Of a stretch of 64,000 bases of DNA, positions 1 to 9,873 are shown in pieces. Within the stretch, counting starts at the first letter, position 1; the number at the start of each line of letters is the position of its first letter. The notes under the pieces were generated by a model. That model searched no databases. It was not told the DNA's origin and worked only from the letters and a program-made list of their open reading frames with translations. The position numbers were made by a program, and so were the translations under genes. Source of the DNA: a virus (lineage: Duplodnaviria; Caudoviricetes); the IMG/VR virus record IMGVR_UViG_3300014208_000023, positions 288,001 to 352,000 of that record; one strand, 5' to 3'.

Positions 1-617
1 TGATATTGCTTTATAATGTCGATAATTTCATATTCATTTCTTGGAGAAAGCTTTAAGCTCTTAAAAAACTCAAAATACTTTCTATTAAAAACATAGGCGC
101 CAGTTACAGCATAGTTATCAGTGTCATTTGATAATATTTTTGGCTTTTCTTCAAATCTAACAATAACATCATTTAATATGGACACAACTCCAAATTGATG
201 AAGATTAATGTTTGTTGAATTATTTAAGAATATTTCAGCCCCATTACTTTTGGTATCGTATTTTATAGGCTTTTGGAAAGCATTATCTCCCAAGATAACC
301 GCAAATCTTTCATCCTTAATAAAAGGCTCACAAAGATTAATTGCTTGAGCTATTCCTCTAGCCTCTCTTTGATAGACGTAATTTATTTTAAGCCCAAGCT
401 CTTGACCATCCTTAAGGAGATCTACAACTTTGGCAAAATGTTCTCCTCCCAGAACGACCGTGACATTTTCTATTCCAGATTTTTTAATCGTATTTATTGA
501 GTAATCTAAAATAAGCTTATCATGAATTGGATGAAGATGCTTATTGCTTATCTTCGCAAATCTTCCAAGTCTCGTGCCCTGACCGCCAGTGAGAAGTATC
601 CCGGATTTTATTTCCAT
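1..617 (-). CDS. rmlA: Sugar-1-phosphate nucleotidyltransferase, RmlA/RfbA-like (partial, runs off window edge; absent from ORF track)
   Basis: Manual translation from ATG at 617: MEIKSGILLTGGQGTRL...NKHLHPIHDK...YVYQREARGIAQA...VILGDN...FEEKP...AVTGAYVF...SPRNEYEI; NTP-transferase motifs. Confidence 0.85.
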   Translation of the reverse strand, partial: MEIKSGILLTGGQGTRLGRFAKISNKHLHPIHDKLILDYSINTIKKSGIENVTVVLGGEHFAKVVDLLKDGQELGLKINYVYQREARGIAQAINLCEPFIKDERFAVILGDNAFQKPIKYDTKSNGAEIFLNNSTNINLHQFGVVSILNDVIVRFEEKPKILSNDTDNYAVTGAYVFNRKYFEFFKSLKLSPRNEYEIIDIIKQY

Positions 618-1090
618 CAACCTTTTATATATCTCGGAAGAATCCCTCCCTTAACGAATTCCTCTTGCTTATCTTTAGATAGCGTATTAAAGCCAGAAAT
701 GGTCTTTCTGCAGTAGTATCTGTGGCAGCTACAAGGCATTGACCAGTCAGTTTCGGAGTCAGTGCTGGTAAGAGAATAGTCAAACGTTATCTCTTCATCT
801 TTTGATATGGGGCGTAAGGCTATTAGGAAGGCAGAATTGACAACCGCCTTAACATAACAATTAGGATTGCAGTTATGATTTATAAAAAATGGAGTTTCTT
901 TTTCCAAATCAATAAAACGATCTATTCCAACTTGCAGAACATTATCTCTCTGCTCGCCAGATAGCTTGCTTACTTGTTCGCCCGTTAAATTGTTGGCCGG
1001 AAATTTAAGAATAACATCATTAGTTTCAAATGGCCGACTTGTAAAGACTCCACGCTTGTTATCATTTATTTTTTTAATAATAAGTGTCAT
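617..1090 (-). CDS. SET-domain protein (lysine methyltransferase fold) with post-SET
   Basis: RGVF, FINHNCNPN, EEITFDY and post-SET CSC(x4)C motifs. Confidence 0.9.
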   Translation of the reverse strand: MTLIIKKINDNKRGVFTSRPFETNDVILKFPANNLTGEQVSKLSGEQRDNVLQVGIDRFIDLEKETPFFINHNCNPNCYVKAVVNSAFLIALRPISKDEEITFDYSLTSTDSETDWSMPCSCHRYYCRKTISGFNTLSKDKQEEFVKGGILPRYIKG

Positions 1091-1560
1091 GTGAAAAATA
1101 TACTCATTTTGTTGAAGGTTTTATTGAGCTGCTCAAATGGTTTCCAGCCTTCTGGCACATTAAGTGCTCCATTATGTATGTCGGAATATTTGCTAATTGG
1201 CAATTCTACAATAGAAAACCCAAAATTATTTTTACAACATCTCATTGTGATTTCTTGAGAAAAATCTTCGCTTTGTTTAATTCCAGCTATGTCACTAAAT
1301 ATAAGTGCAATTATATCTTTTTTATGCTTGTAGAATAATGTCTTAATAATTCTTGGGCTATATTTAATGTAATCGTGAATCATAATGGCAATTTGCGTGT
1401 CACTATAATCCTTGGTATGACTTAGCAAAGCAATCTTATCAAAAAAAGATATTATCTCTTGCTCGCTACCTAAATGAGTGGCAGATATATTCATATTATG
1501 AATATTTATTGTTCTATGATCATTTTCCCATACACTAGTTGTTTTTTTAAAGATCGCCAT
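1087..1560 (-). CDS. Hypothetical protein
   Basis: 157-aa ORF overlapping both neighbours in operon fashion. Confidence 0.6.
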   Translation of the reverse strand: MAIFKKTTSVWENDHRTINIHNMNISATHLGSEQEIISFFDKIALLSHTKDYSDTQIAIMIHDYIKYSPRIIKTLFYKHKKDIIALIFSDIAGIKQSEDFSQEITMRCCKNNFGFSIVELPISKYSDIHNGALNVPEGWKPFEQLNKTFNKMSIFFT

Positions 1561-2437
1561 TTTTAGTTTCTAATTCTTTTAGAATTTTAATTATTGTTTC
1601 TTCATATAATTTATGATCAATATTGTTGGATTTTAATAGATTTTCTTTTGAAGAAAGAGGCCGAAGATTAGATAACGCCCATGCTTTTTTACACTCAATA
1701 TCTTTTATTGATGAATAATTGAAAAAAGAATGAGGAATAATATGATCTAGTTGCCATGTCCAAGTTGATGCGTCATTATCGTCCCAAGTTTTTGAATTAT
1801 ATGTGCTCTGATTTTCCCAAGTCATCCATGCTTCGAAAAGTGATTCTATATGAGTCTTAATTTTTGATGGATAATCTTTTCCAAATATAGATAAGCAGCC
1901 TATGTTGTTTTTTATAGAATTATTTTGCTTAAGCGCTAAATTTATTGCTCTAGACATTATCTTTCTAATTTTATAGGATGGATCTACTTGTCTTCGTATT
2001 TTATTTCTTTTTGATTTTTTAATATTTATTTTTTCTTTATTATTTTGCTGATAAAGCTTAATCTTCTCTTTAATTCTATATTTATTTTCAGAGTATCTTT
2101 TTTTAGATTGTAATATTAAATTTTCTTTATTATTAATATAATATAATTTACTATATTCAATTAATTTATCTCTATTTTCAATTCTATATTTCTTATTTTT
2201 ATTTAAAATTTTATCTTTATTTTTGTTATAATTTTCTTTTTTCTTTTTAGTTAAGACCTTTTTATTTTTTTTTCTATATTGTTTTTGATATATGGATATT
2301 TTATTTTTATTTTTTTTAGAAAAATCTTTCATATATATTTTGCGACAGTCTTTGCACACATTTCGTGTGGCCGCAAAACATTTTTTTGATTTTCTTAATC
2401 CACATGGCCCAGAGCACTTTTTCAAAAAATTATTCAC
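1547..2437 (-). CDS. HNH endonuclease with Lys/Asn-rich N-terminal region
   Basis: CxxC N-terminus, C-terminal WQLDHIIP...NLRPLSSKENLLKSN. Confidence 0.75.
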   Translation of the reverse strand: MNNFLKKCSGPCGLRKSKKCFAATRNVCKDCRKIYMKDFSKKNKNKISIYQKQYRKKNKKVLTKKKKENYNKNKDKILNKNKKYRIENRDKLIEYSKLYYINNKENLILQSKKRYSENKYRIKEKIKLYQQNNKEKINIKKSKRNKIRRQVDPSYKIRKIMSRAINLALKQNNSIKNNIGCLSIFGKDYPSKIKTHIESLFEAWMTWENQSTYNSKTWDDNDASTWTWQLDHIIPHSFFNYSSIKDIECKKAWALSNLRPLSSKENLLKSNNIDHKLYEETIIKILKELETKNGDL

Positions 2438-3209
2438 ATTCTAATGTGTTTTTATTATTAAATATAGAAAAGAGCCAGTCTTTCTCATGCGAGAATAATG
2501 GGAGCTCGTCATTTATAATTAGTTTATGCTTTATCTCTTGGCTTTTAGGATTTAATTTTGGACTTCTATATGCTCCAACCCCTCTTTTAAATGGAAGTGG
2601 GTATGAATTAAAATCAATCTTGCATTCTTCATATAGAATCTCTGATTTTTGTTTCGGACTTTTTCCTGCCAACATTTGCTTAACTTCATCTGAATTGTAG
2701 CGCTTTAGAAGCTCGTAAAAGCACGCCTGCGATAATGCCGTATGAAAGCAGTTTTGCTGCATATGTATTATAGTATTTGTAAGCTCCATTATGCTGGGAA
2801 CCACGAAAGTCTTTGCGGTAAATACGGCATCACCCAAAAGCTTTATGTCTTTTGTGTCCTTAATTTTATTGAACTCTAGGGTGGCTAGAGATGATGCGGC
2901 CGATACTATGGCCTGTATTTTGTTGTTATACCATGCATCCGTGTTAGATGTTTGGTCGTTTCGCATAGCTACCACGATTTGATCATTAAAAGTAAATGCA
3001 AAGATTACACCATCTACTTCTTGACACAACTTTACCATGGCAGCGATCATTAGCTCCATAAAATCAGGAGAGAACGGCTTATCTACCAAAGATGAAAGCT
3101 TTGAAAAAGACCGGCCATTCAAAACAATTACTACTGGTAATCGCTTCATAAGCTGATGATCTGACAATTCTTGATAGGAGTTAATCCTATCTGTTAGAGA
3201 TGCTTCCAT
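2430..3209 (-). CDS. tRNA-His guanylyltransferase (Thg1/TLP)-like protein with degenerate active site
   Basis: SLTDRINSY, RLPVVIVLNGRSF, KPFS, FTFNDQI, FKRG follow TLP layout; RLDG reads VLNG and SDE reads NDQ. Confidence 0.85.
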   Translation of the reverse strand: MEASLTDRINSYQELSDHQLMKRLPVVIVLNGRSFSKLSSLVDKPFSPDFMELMIAAMVKLCQEVDGVIFAFTFNDQIVVAMRNDQTSNTDAWYNNKIQAIVSAASSLATLEFNKIKDTKDIKLLGDAVFTAKTFVVPSIMELTNTIIHMQQNCFHTALSQACFYELLKRYNSDEVKQMLAGKSPKQKSEILYEECKIDFNSYPLPFKRGVGAYRSPKLNPKSQEIKHKLIINDELPLFSHEKDWLFSIFNNKNTLECE

Positions 3210-3217
3210 TAATACCT

Positions 3218-3228
3218 TATATATCAGC
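3218..3228 (-). promoter_or_regulatory. GCTGATATATA motif, candidate extended -10-like promoter
   Basis: Same 11-mer recurs at 6751-6761; lies just upstream of the SD and ATG of the Thg1-like gene. Confidence 0.3.
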
Positions 3229-3703
3229 CAGAGCCCAATTTATTAGATATAACCTGACAAATATTAATTACCTCTGATTTAAAAGTGGATGCTTTTGGCT
3301 CAGGAACATCAATATTTGAAACCCTATCTTTTAGATCTGATATTATTTTTTTCATACCATCAATAGAATATGGGTTCTCGTTTGATGATACGACATCATA
3401 TATCCATTTTGATAATGAATATATATTTTTTGTACTATTTGTAAATTGGCTTCCACTAATGCTTGGCGCCTTCCAAGTATTACTGAAATCTAGTTTTCCA
3501 TCAGTAAGAATAAATAAATACTTATTGAATAAGTTTATTACCTTCTCTATATCTTGTGCAAACTCTGGCTTTTTAGAAAAAAGATTAACGCGATAATTAG
3601 GTATTTGCGACAAAGATATCGTGGGAGCCTGCGTATTAACTGTTGGCACGGCAGTTGTTTGGGCTAGCTTCTTCCAAAACTTGATTCTTTCAGAGATTAT
3701 CAT
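3224..3703 (-). CDS. Hypothetical protein
   Basis: 159-aa ORF coupled to ung. Confidence 0.65.
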   Translation of the reverse strand: MIISERIKFWKKLAQTTAVPTVNTQAPTISLSQIPNYRVNLFSKKPEFAQDIEKVINLFNKYLFILTDGKLDFSNTWKAPSISGSQFTNSTKNIYSLSKWIYDVVSSNENPYSIDGMKKIISDLKDRVSNIDVPEPKASTFKSEVINICQVISNKLGSG

Positions 3704-4379
3704 TACCTAAATGCCAGTCTATTGCAGTAAGTCCCTTACTTTTTAGAAAGCCATTGACCGTTGAAAATGGTGAGCTTCTAAAAAACCCACTGTGGGCAGA
3801 AAGAGGAGATGGATGAACCGACTCAATTATGAAATGATTACGATTAGTTATGAGTTTTCTTTTGGACTTTGCAAAATTTCCCCACAAAATAAATACTAGA
3901 TTTTCTTTTTCATCATTAAGCTTTTGAATTACCCTATCAGTAAATTCTTCCCAGCCCTTATCCTTATGACTATTTGATAGTCCTTCACGAACCGTGAGGA
4001 CGCAATTTAAAAGCAATACTCCTTGTTTAGCCCATTTTGTAAGATCACCATTCTTGGAAATTGGTATGTTTAAGTCGTTTTTAAGCTCCTTAAAAATATT
4101 CAAAAGACTAGGTGGTAATGGAAAAGATTCCGGAACGCTGAAAGAAAGTCCTTGGGCTTGGCCAGGATTAATATATGGATCTTGTCCTATAACTACAACT
4201 TTAGTGTTTTCAAAATCACAATGCTTAAAAGCATTAAAGATATTTTCTTTTGCTGGAAAAATATTAAAGGATATTTCTTCTGTCGAAAGAAATTTCGAAA
4301 GATCTCTAAAATATTCTTTTTTCATTTCTTCAACTAAAAGTGTTTTCCATTCTCCCGTGAGCGACATTATTTCATCCAC
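3690..4379 (-). CDS. ung: Uracil-DNA glycosylase, family 1
   Basis: GQDPY, AQGLSFSV, PPSLLNIFKEL, GVLLLN, HPSPLSAH motifs. Confidence 0.97.
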   Translation of the reverse strand: MDEIMSLTGEWKTLLVEEMKKEYFRDLSKFLSTEEISFNIFPAKENIFNAFKHCDFENTKVVVIGQDPYINPGQAQGLSFSVPESFPLPPSLLNIFKELKNDLNIPISKNGDLTKWAKQGVLLLNCVLTVREGLSNSHKDKGWEEFTDRVIQKLNDEKENLVFILWGNFAKSKRKLITNRNHFIIESVHPSPLSAHSGFFRSSPFSTVNGFLKSKGLTAIDWHLGNDNL

Positions 4380-5538
4380 CCTTTAGGGTTTTAATTTGAG
4401 TATTTATTCTTCCCTGTAACTCATCTATGTAATCTTGAGGATTTGCATCAGGATTTGTTTGCACTCTAATTGCCAATTCATTTATGTATGCAATTGGCCA
4501 CTTATTAACTTTGTCGGCGAAAGAATCATATAGATCCCCAAGAACGCCCTTTATAACCTGGTCGTCCAAATACTCTATCGTTCTCAATTCATCAAAACGC
4601 CCTGGCCGCAGAACGGCAGGAGGGAACGCCTTCAGCGAATTGGTTATAGCTATAACCACTTTAGTATGGCGGTGAAGCCACTCTAAAAATTCTAGCATTG
4701 ATGTTGTTTCTGAAAAGTAATCAAAATCATCCAATAGAACGGCTTCTATTTCGAATGTTTCGAGTAGGAATGAGATAATTCCCATTACGGAAGCATTTGT
4801 ATTTTTGCTATACTTAAACTTTAATGTATTCAAATTAAGATCTTGAAAAATCTTGTGCGCCATAGTAGATTTTCCGGTTCCAGGCAGTCCATTAAGAATG
4901 ATTGACCTTGGCAACCCTTTGGCAATGTATCTTTCCAAATACGAGCTTAAGTCAGATGCTGTTTTAGATGGGATTGCTATGCTCTCTTCTGGCTTCAGAT
5001 CGAATTTAATTGTTGGATATCCGCTAGATCCGGTCTTACTTTCTTCCACTATAGTTACCATCTTGGAATTTCCACCATTCATTTTCTCTTTCATAATGAA
5101 ACGAAGAACATCATTCTTGTTATTCTCTGATGAGCGAAAATAAATGGCCCTTTTTGTTTTGCCTAAAGTCCCTACTGGCAGAGTGTAGATCATTGTCTTA
5201 TCTGTTTCATAGGCAAACTTGAACTGTCTTTTTGGAAAAGATTCTATGCCAGAGCTCAATATATCATAAAGGGCCTGTTGTGTATAGCTTGCGGCTAACG
5301 ACTCCCACCCATTAATAGTAGAGAAGAAGCTTTCGCTATCTCCGCTGATAATTTTTACTCCAGTATTAAATGCAGCAACCCCTCCTTCTACGAAGGATAA
5401 GGGGCTTTTGCTTTGAGCGAAACTAGACACGCTTCTGGCTATCGACATGCCCATATCAAGAACGTTTTGATGCGCAAGTATGGTTTGCAACATACTATAT
5501 TTTGCTTCTTGAAATTTCTGACTTTTGAAAATATTCAT
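4372..5538 (-). CDS. AAA+ ATPase (paralogue 1)
   Basis: Walker A GLPGTGKS, Walker B VLLDDFD, ITNS, LRPGRFD. Confidence 0.88.
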   Translation of the reverse strand: MNIFKSQKFQEAKYSMLQTILAHQNVLDMGMSIARSVSSFAQSKSPLSFVEGGVAAFNTGVKIISGDSESFFSTINGWESLAASYTQQALYDILSSGIESFPKRQFKFAYETDKTMIYTLPVGTLGKTKRAIYFRSSENNKNDVLRFIMKEKMNGGNSKMVTIVEESKTGSSGYPTIKFDLKPEESIAIPSKTASDLSSYLERYIAKGLPRSIILNGLPGTGKSTMAHKIFQDLNLNTLKFKYSKNTNASVMGIISFLLETFEIEAVLLDDFDYFSETTSMLEFLEWLHRHTKVVIAITNSLKAFPPAVLRPGRFDELRTIEYLDDQVIKGVLGDLYDSFADKVNKWPIAYINELAIRVQTNPDANPQDYIDELQGRINTQIKTLKGG

Positions 5539-6734
5539 CTTGCTGTTTCTGTAAATGTCTTTAGTGCTTTTATTTGATTTTTAACGCGCCTATCTAATTC
5601 TTTTACTTGTTGAGTAACATTGACTTTTGGATTAATAAGTATTCTCTCATTAAGTTCCTTAATATAAGCAACTGGCCAGGCCTTTACTTTTGGATAAAGA
5701 GTTTTAAATCTTGTTCCAAGAATTTCCTTAATAACTTCCTGATCTAATCTGTTGATTGTAATTATCTCATCAAATCGTGCTGGTCGTAAAATTGCCGGAT
5801 GAAATGGCGCCAAGCTATTAACGATACCGATCGTTAGTTTTAGCTTGACATGCATTCTTTCCAAGAATCCCAATAAAGATGCGGATCCTTCTACGGTATC
5901 TAGGTCGTCAAGTATTAGAGCCTCTACTTTTAGAGCGTCAATAATATTCTCAATTGCTTGAAGGTCGGATGTTTGTGGATCATATTTGAACTTAAGGGTT
6001 CGAAGTCCCAGCTCATTTATTATCGTATTGGTGCAGGTTGTTTTTCCGGTTCCAGGATATCCCAAAAATATTATTGATCTATTGATATTTTTATCAATGG
6101 CGGCTTTAATATGTTTGAGATGTTTTGTTGCTGTGGGAGAATTAATTGATTTTAACTCTTCATTCTTTAATAGAAATCTAGTGCCTGCATCAGACCATTT
6201 ATGTGGTCCTCTATGTGCTTTTTCAGTAATAGAAAAAACTTGAGATTTTATTGACTTAAAAGCTTCTTGATATACGAAATCTAATAGCTGCTCTTTTTTA
6301 CCTTCATCCAAACAAAACCATAGTCCCTGTTCATCCCTGCCAATGGATTTTCCATTTGGAAGAGTATATATTTTAGATACTGATTGGTTATTGTATTTGA
6401 AGTTTAGAACTTTGGAGGGATAATTGTCTAATATTGGAACTAGAATATCATAAAGTGGTTGCTGTGTAGTTGCACACACTAACACGTCCCAGCCCTGTTT
6501 TATATTGAAATAGTCTGAGCTCCATGAACCCATAAAATCAGCCATAACATTGAGTGAGCCAAGTCCGCCCTCAACAAATGATAGCCAATTTTTATTGTTA
6601 GCAAATGCGGTTATTGAGCGAGCAACCTCTACTCCAGCCGCAATGTATAAGCTTTTGTCCAGCAATTCTCTAACAAGTTTCCGCTTGAATTTATGAAACT
6701 TTTCGCTATCAAAAAATGATGATTCACTTTTCAT
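5535..6734 (-). CDS. AAA+ ATPase (paralogue 2)
   Basis: Walker A GYPGTGKT, LILDDLD, IVNS, LRPARFD; N-terminus similar to paralogue 1. Confidence 0.88.
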   Translation of the reverse strand: MKSESSFFDSEKFHKFKRKLVRELLDKSLYIAAGVEVARSITAFANNKNWLSFVEGGLGSLNVMADFMGSWSSDYFNIKQGWDVLVCATTQQPLYDILVPILDNYPSKVLNFKYNNQSVSKIYTLPNGKSIGRDEQGLWFCLDEGKKEQLLDFVYQEAFKSIKSQVFSITEKAHRGPHKWSDAGTRFLLKNEELKSINSPTATKHLKHIKAAIDKNINRSIIFLGYPGTGKTTCTNTIINELGLRTLKFKYDPQTSDLQAIENIIDALKVEALILDDLDTVEGSASLLGFLERMHVKLKLTIGIVNSLAPFHPAILRPARFDEIITINRLDQEVIKEILGTRFKTLYPKVKAWPVAYIKELNERILINPKVNVTQQVKELDRRVKNQIKALKTFTETAR

Positions 6735-6750
6735 TTATGCCTCTTATGAG

Positions 6751-6761
6751 TATATATCAGC
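6751..6761 (-). promoter_or_regulatory. GCTGATATATA motif, candidate promoter
   Basis: Intergenic, 16 nt upstream of ATG 6734; identical to 3218-3228. Confidence 0.35.
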
Positions 6762-6813
6762 ATCACTTGCCTTACCGACAAGATTGCAATAATGATTATC
6801 GTATCAAACGGAC

Positions 6814-7566
6814 TTATTCAAACGGAATAAAAAGTGATTTTCTTTTTTGAACGTAAGCGGCGCAATTCTCCCTAAATTTTGCAAGATTATTTTTGTGACA
6901 ATCAGTTTTAAACTCTCTATATGGGCCAACATCTAGCTCTCCCTGTCCAAAATGTATTCCCATTTCAGGAAGATAAGCCATTTCCCATCCTAATAATCTG
7001 GCCCTAAAGAAATAGTCAGCATCCTCTTCTCCATATTTTCCAAATTCTGTTATAAAATAACCTATTTGGTTATGAAGTTCTCTGCTAAAAACTGTGCAAG
7101 CAGTTCCCAGATTTCCTTGGGTTTTGTATTGAAACGTTTTGCCATGTCTGCTACGTATTGGATATTCTACGCCTTCCATATTCAATCCAACTGCAAACTT
7201 TGGATTAACTGAAAGAATATCTAATGATTTAGATAGCCACCCAGGAACGAATTCAATATCATTATCTAGCGTTGATAGGTATTCATCATTATATTTGGCA
7301 GATGCTTTTAGTCCTTGATTGCGACCAATAGCAATTCCCATATTTTCTTTGTTATAAACAAAGTCTTGACCAACACAATTCTTATTATTCCAAATATTTT
7401 CCTTTAGCCAAGGATCATTTTCTAGCCACTCCACCGTTCCATCAGTAGAGCCGTTATCAACTATAATGAGTCTGAATGGCGAATCAGTATTCTCAAAAAG
7501 GCTCTTGAGCATTCTTTTTGTTAAATCCAGCCTATTATAAGTAACAATCATTAATGATGTTGTCAT
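6814..7566 (-). CDS. Glycosyltransferase family 2
   Basis: IVTYNR, IVDNGSTDGT, LDNDIE, YGEEDADY; start at 7566 by ATGA overlap. Confidence 0.9.
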   Translation of the reverse strand: MTTSLMIVTYNRLDLTKRMLKSLFENTDSPFRLIIVDNGSTDGTVEWLENDPWLKENIWNNKNCVGQDFVYNKENMGIAIGRNQGLKASAKYNDEYLSTLDNDIEFVPGWLSKSLDILSVNPKFAVGLNMEGVEYPIRSRHGKTFQYKTQGNLGTACTVFSRELHNQIGYFITEFGKYGEEDADYFFRARLLGWEMAYLPEMGIHFGQGELDVGPYREFKTDCHKNNLAKFRENCAAYVQKRKSLFIPFE

Positions 7567-7934
7567 TTGCACATCTTCTTTATTGTCTTAAGGGTCTCGA
7601 TAAAACTTTCTGCCTGTAGTTTTTTAAGCTCAATTTCTTTGTCTTCTAAAGTCGAAATTCTAACCTTGAGATGGTGTTCGTCTTCGTTTATAATTTGGTC
7701 CGCGCTTAATTCTTCAATTTTAGCACACAATTTATTAAACGTAGTTGTTTTTATGAAATCAACTTTAGATTTGGCAAAATCTTTAATCTCTTTAAGATTA
7801 TTGCTCATAAGAATGAATGTAGCCATTCTTTCTACTTCTGGATATCCTACTTTATTAGGAACAAAAACTCTATATATCGGTTCGGCCACAAGCCCGCAAA
7901 TAAAAGCGGTTGCTATAAATATTAAATCAATCAT
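7563..7934 (-). CDS. Hypothetical protein with N-terminal hydrophobic segment
   Basis: LIFIATAFICGLVA then coiled-coil-like C-terminus. Confidence 0.6.
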   Translation of the reverse strand: MIDLIFIATAFICGLVAEPIYRVFVPNKVGYPEVERMATFILMSNNLKEIKDFAKSKVDFIKTTTFNKLCAKIEELSADQIINEDEHHLKVRISTLEDKEIELKKLQAESFIETLKTIKKMCK

Positions 7935-7954
7935 TGCGCACCATTTATAAAATG

Positions 7955-8875
7955 TTAGTTTGCTCTGTTTTCAACAAACCATTTGTAAGTTTTAGCTATT
8001 CCGTCTTCTAGAGACGTTTCTGCCTTAAGCCCAATTGATTTTAGTTTAGAAACGTCCAACAGTTTTCTTGGTGTTCCGTCAGGCTTGCTGCTATTATATG
8101 TGACTGGCCCTTCGTAACCGACAACTTTCTTTATCAAAATCGCCAAATCGTTAATGGTCATATCCTCACCGACACCAACATTAATGAGATCCGGTATGTC
8201 GTCCATAAACAATGTTTCTTTTACTATATTGGCCAGATCTTCACAATACATAAATTCTCTTCTAGCTTTTCCAGTTCCCCATAATTCTACGGACTCTGAA
8301 CCATTTACTTTAGCTTCGTGAATTTTTCGCAGTAAAGCCGGCAACACATGAGAATCTTCCAGATCAAAACTATCACCGGGCCCATACAAATTGGTGGGCA
8401 TTAATGAGTAGCCGGGAAAATTATATTGCCTACAATATGCTCTTATCATTTGCACTCCGGCAATTTTGGCAACAGCATAAGCGTCATTAGTAGATTCTAA
8501 TGGTCCGGTTAGAAGATATTCTTCTTTAATTGGTTGAGGGGCAAATTTTGGATAGATACACGACGATCCAAGAAAACAAAACTTTTTGCAACCATACTTT
8601 CTAGCTGCCTCTATTGTATTTACGGTTATTTGTAAATTCTGCCTAATAAAATCTCCCTGATAAGTAAAGTTTGCCATAATACCGCCAACCTTTGCGGCGG
8701 CCATTACAACATAATCAGGATGGTATTCTTTGAAAAAATCCTCTACTTGAGCTTGATTGGTTAAATCAAGCTCTGATCTAGATTTAGTAATGATATTATC
8801 ATAGTTAGATTTTTTAAGACTGCGCACTACGGCAGATCCTACCATCCCATTATGGCCCGCTACGTAAATGCTCAT
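7955..8875 (-). CDS. fcl: GDP-L-fucose synthase
   Basis: GHNGMVGS, AAAKVGGI, LGSSCIYP, YAVAK, PTNLYGP, SHVLP, REFMY, PDGTPRK. Confidence 0.95.
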   Translation of the reverse strand: MSIYVAGHNGMVGSAVVRSLKKSNYDNIITKSRSELDLTNQAQVEDFFKEYHPDYVVMAAAKVGGIMANFTYQGDFIRQNLQITVNTIEAARKYGCKKFCFLGSSCIYPKFAPQPIKEEYLLTGPLESTNDAYAVAKIAGVQMIRAYCRQYNFPGYSLMPTNLYGPGDSFDLEDSHVLPALLRKIHEAKVNGSESVELWGTGKARREFMYCEDLANIVKETLFMDDIPDLINVGVGEDMTINDLAILIKKVVGYEGPVTYNSSKPDGTPRKLLDVSKLKSIGLKAETSLEDGIAKTYKWFVENRAN

Positions 8876-9873
8876 TTTTTATTTAGTAAATAAAGTTCTT
8901 TTTCAGCCAATTCCATATCATATTGAATCATCTCATCTACCAGCATTTGGAATGAAAACTTTGGTTCCCAACCCAGCTCTTTTCGTATTTTGGAAGAATC
9001 TCCGCATAGAGCATCCACTTCGCTTGCTCTAAAGTATTTAGGATCTATTTCAACATAGTTTTTGTAATCAAGCCCCAGATGAGAAAATACCATCTCAACA
9101 AACTCTAGAACTGAATGCATCTCTCCGCTAGAGATAACGTAGTCTCCAGGATTTTCAGCAGTTATGATTTTAAACATTCCGGCAGCTACGTCCGATGCAT
9201 GAGACCAATCTCTTTTGGCGTCTAGATTTCCTAGATATAGTTTTTCTTGTAGCCCTAGTTTTATACGAGTTGCCGCTCTAGTTATTTTTCTGGTAACGAA
9301 GGTTTCTCCTCGTCTAGCGCCTTCGTGATTGAAACTGATGGCGTTACTGGCATGCATTCCATAAGCTTCTCTGTAGTTTATGGTGGCGTAGAATCCGGCC
9401 ACCTTTGCCACTCCATACGGAGACCTTGGGTGAAATGGCGTTGTTTCACTCTGTGGTGGATTTTCAGATCCAAACATTTCGCTGCTTGAGGCCGTAAGGA
9501 ATCTGGTTTTGGGACTACATTTCCTAACTGCCTCCAAAACTCTCATTACTCCGGTTCCTGTAACGTCCATGGTATAAACTGGAATATCAAAACTTACCTT
9601 AACGTGAGATTGCGCTCCCATGTTAAATAACAAATCTGGCTTAATATCTCCTATCCAGCTAGATAGTGATGCATAATCAGATAGGTCTCCATATGTTAAT
9701 TCTAATTGCGCATCCGAATGCGGATCTTGATAAAGATGGTCTATTCTCTCCGTATTTAGAGAGCTACTTCGACGCTTTAATCCATGAACCTTATAGCCTT
9801 CTTTTAGAAGAAGTTCGCATAGATATGATCCCGTCTGTCCAGTAACGCCAGTAATGCAAGCAGTTTTAGTCAT
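8872..9873 (-). CDS. gmd: GDP-mannose 4,6-dehydratase
   Basis: ITGVTGQTGSYL, AQSHVKVSF, ASSSEMFG, PRSPYGVAK, FNHE, ETFVTRKI, LGNLDAKRDW. Confidence 0.97.
   Translation of the reverse strand: MTKTACITGVTGQTGSYLCELLLKEGYKVHGLKRRSSSLNTERIDHLYQDPHSDAQLELTYGDLSDYASLSSWIGDIKPDLLFNMGAQSHVKVSFDIPVYTMDVTGTGVMRVLEAVRKCSPKTRFLTASSSEMFGSENPPQSETTPFHPRSPYGVAKVAGFYATINYREAYGMHASNAISFNHEGARRGETFVTRKITRAATRIKLGLQEKLYLGNLDAKRDWSHASDVAAGMFKIITAENPGDYVISSGEMHSVLEFVEMVFSHLGLDYKNYVEIDPKYFRASEVDALCGDSSKIRKELGWEPKFSFQMLVDEMIQYDMELAEKELYLLNKK

Noticed and set aside
2000-2340. T-rich low-complexity tract as a repeat element or origin
   Set aside because: It encodes the Lys/Asn-rich helical region of the HNH protein on the minus strand.
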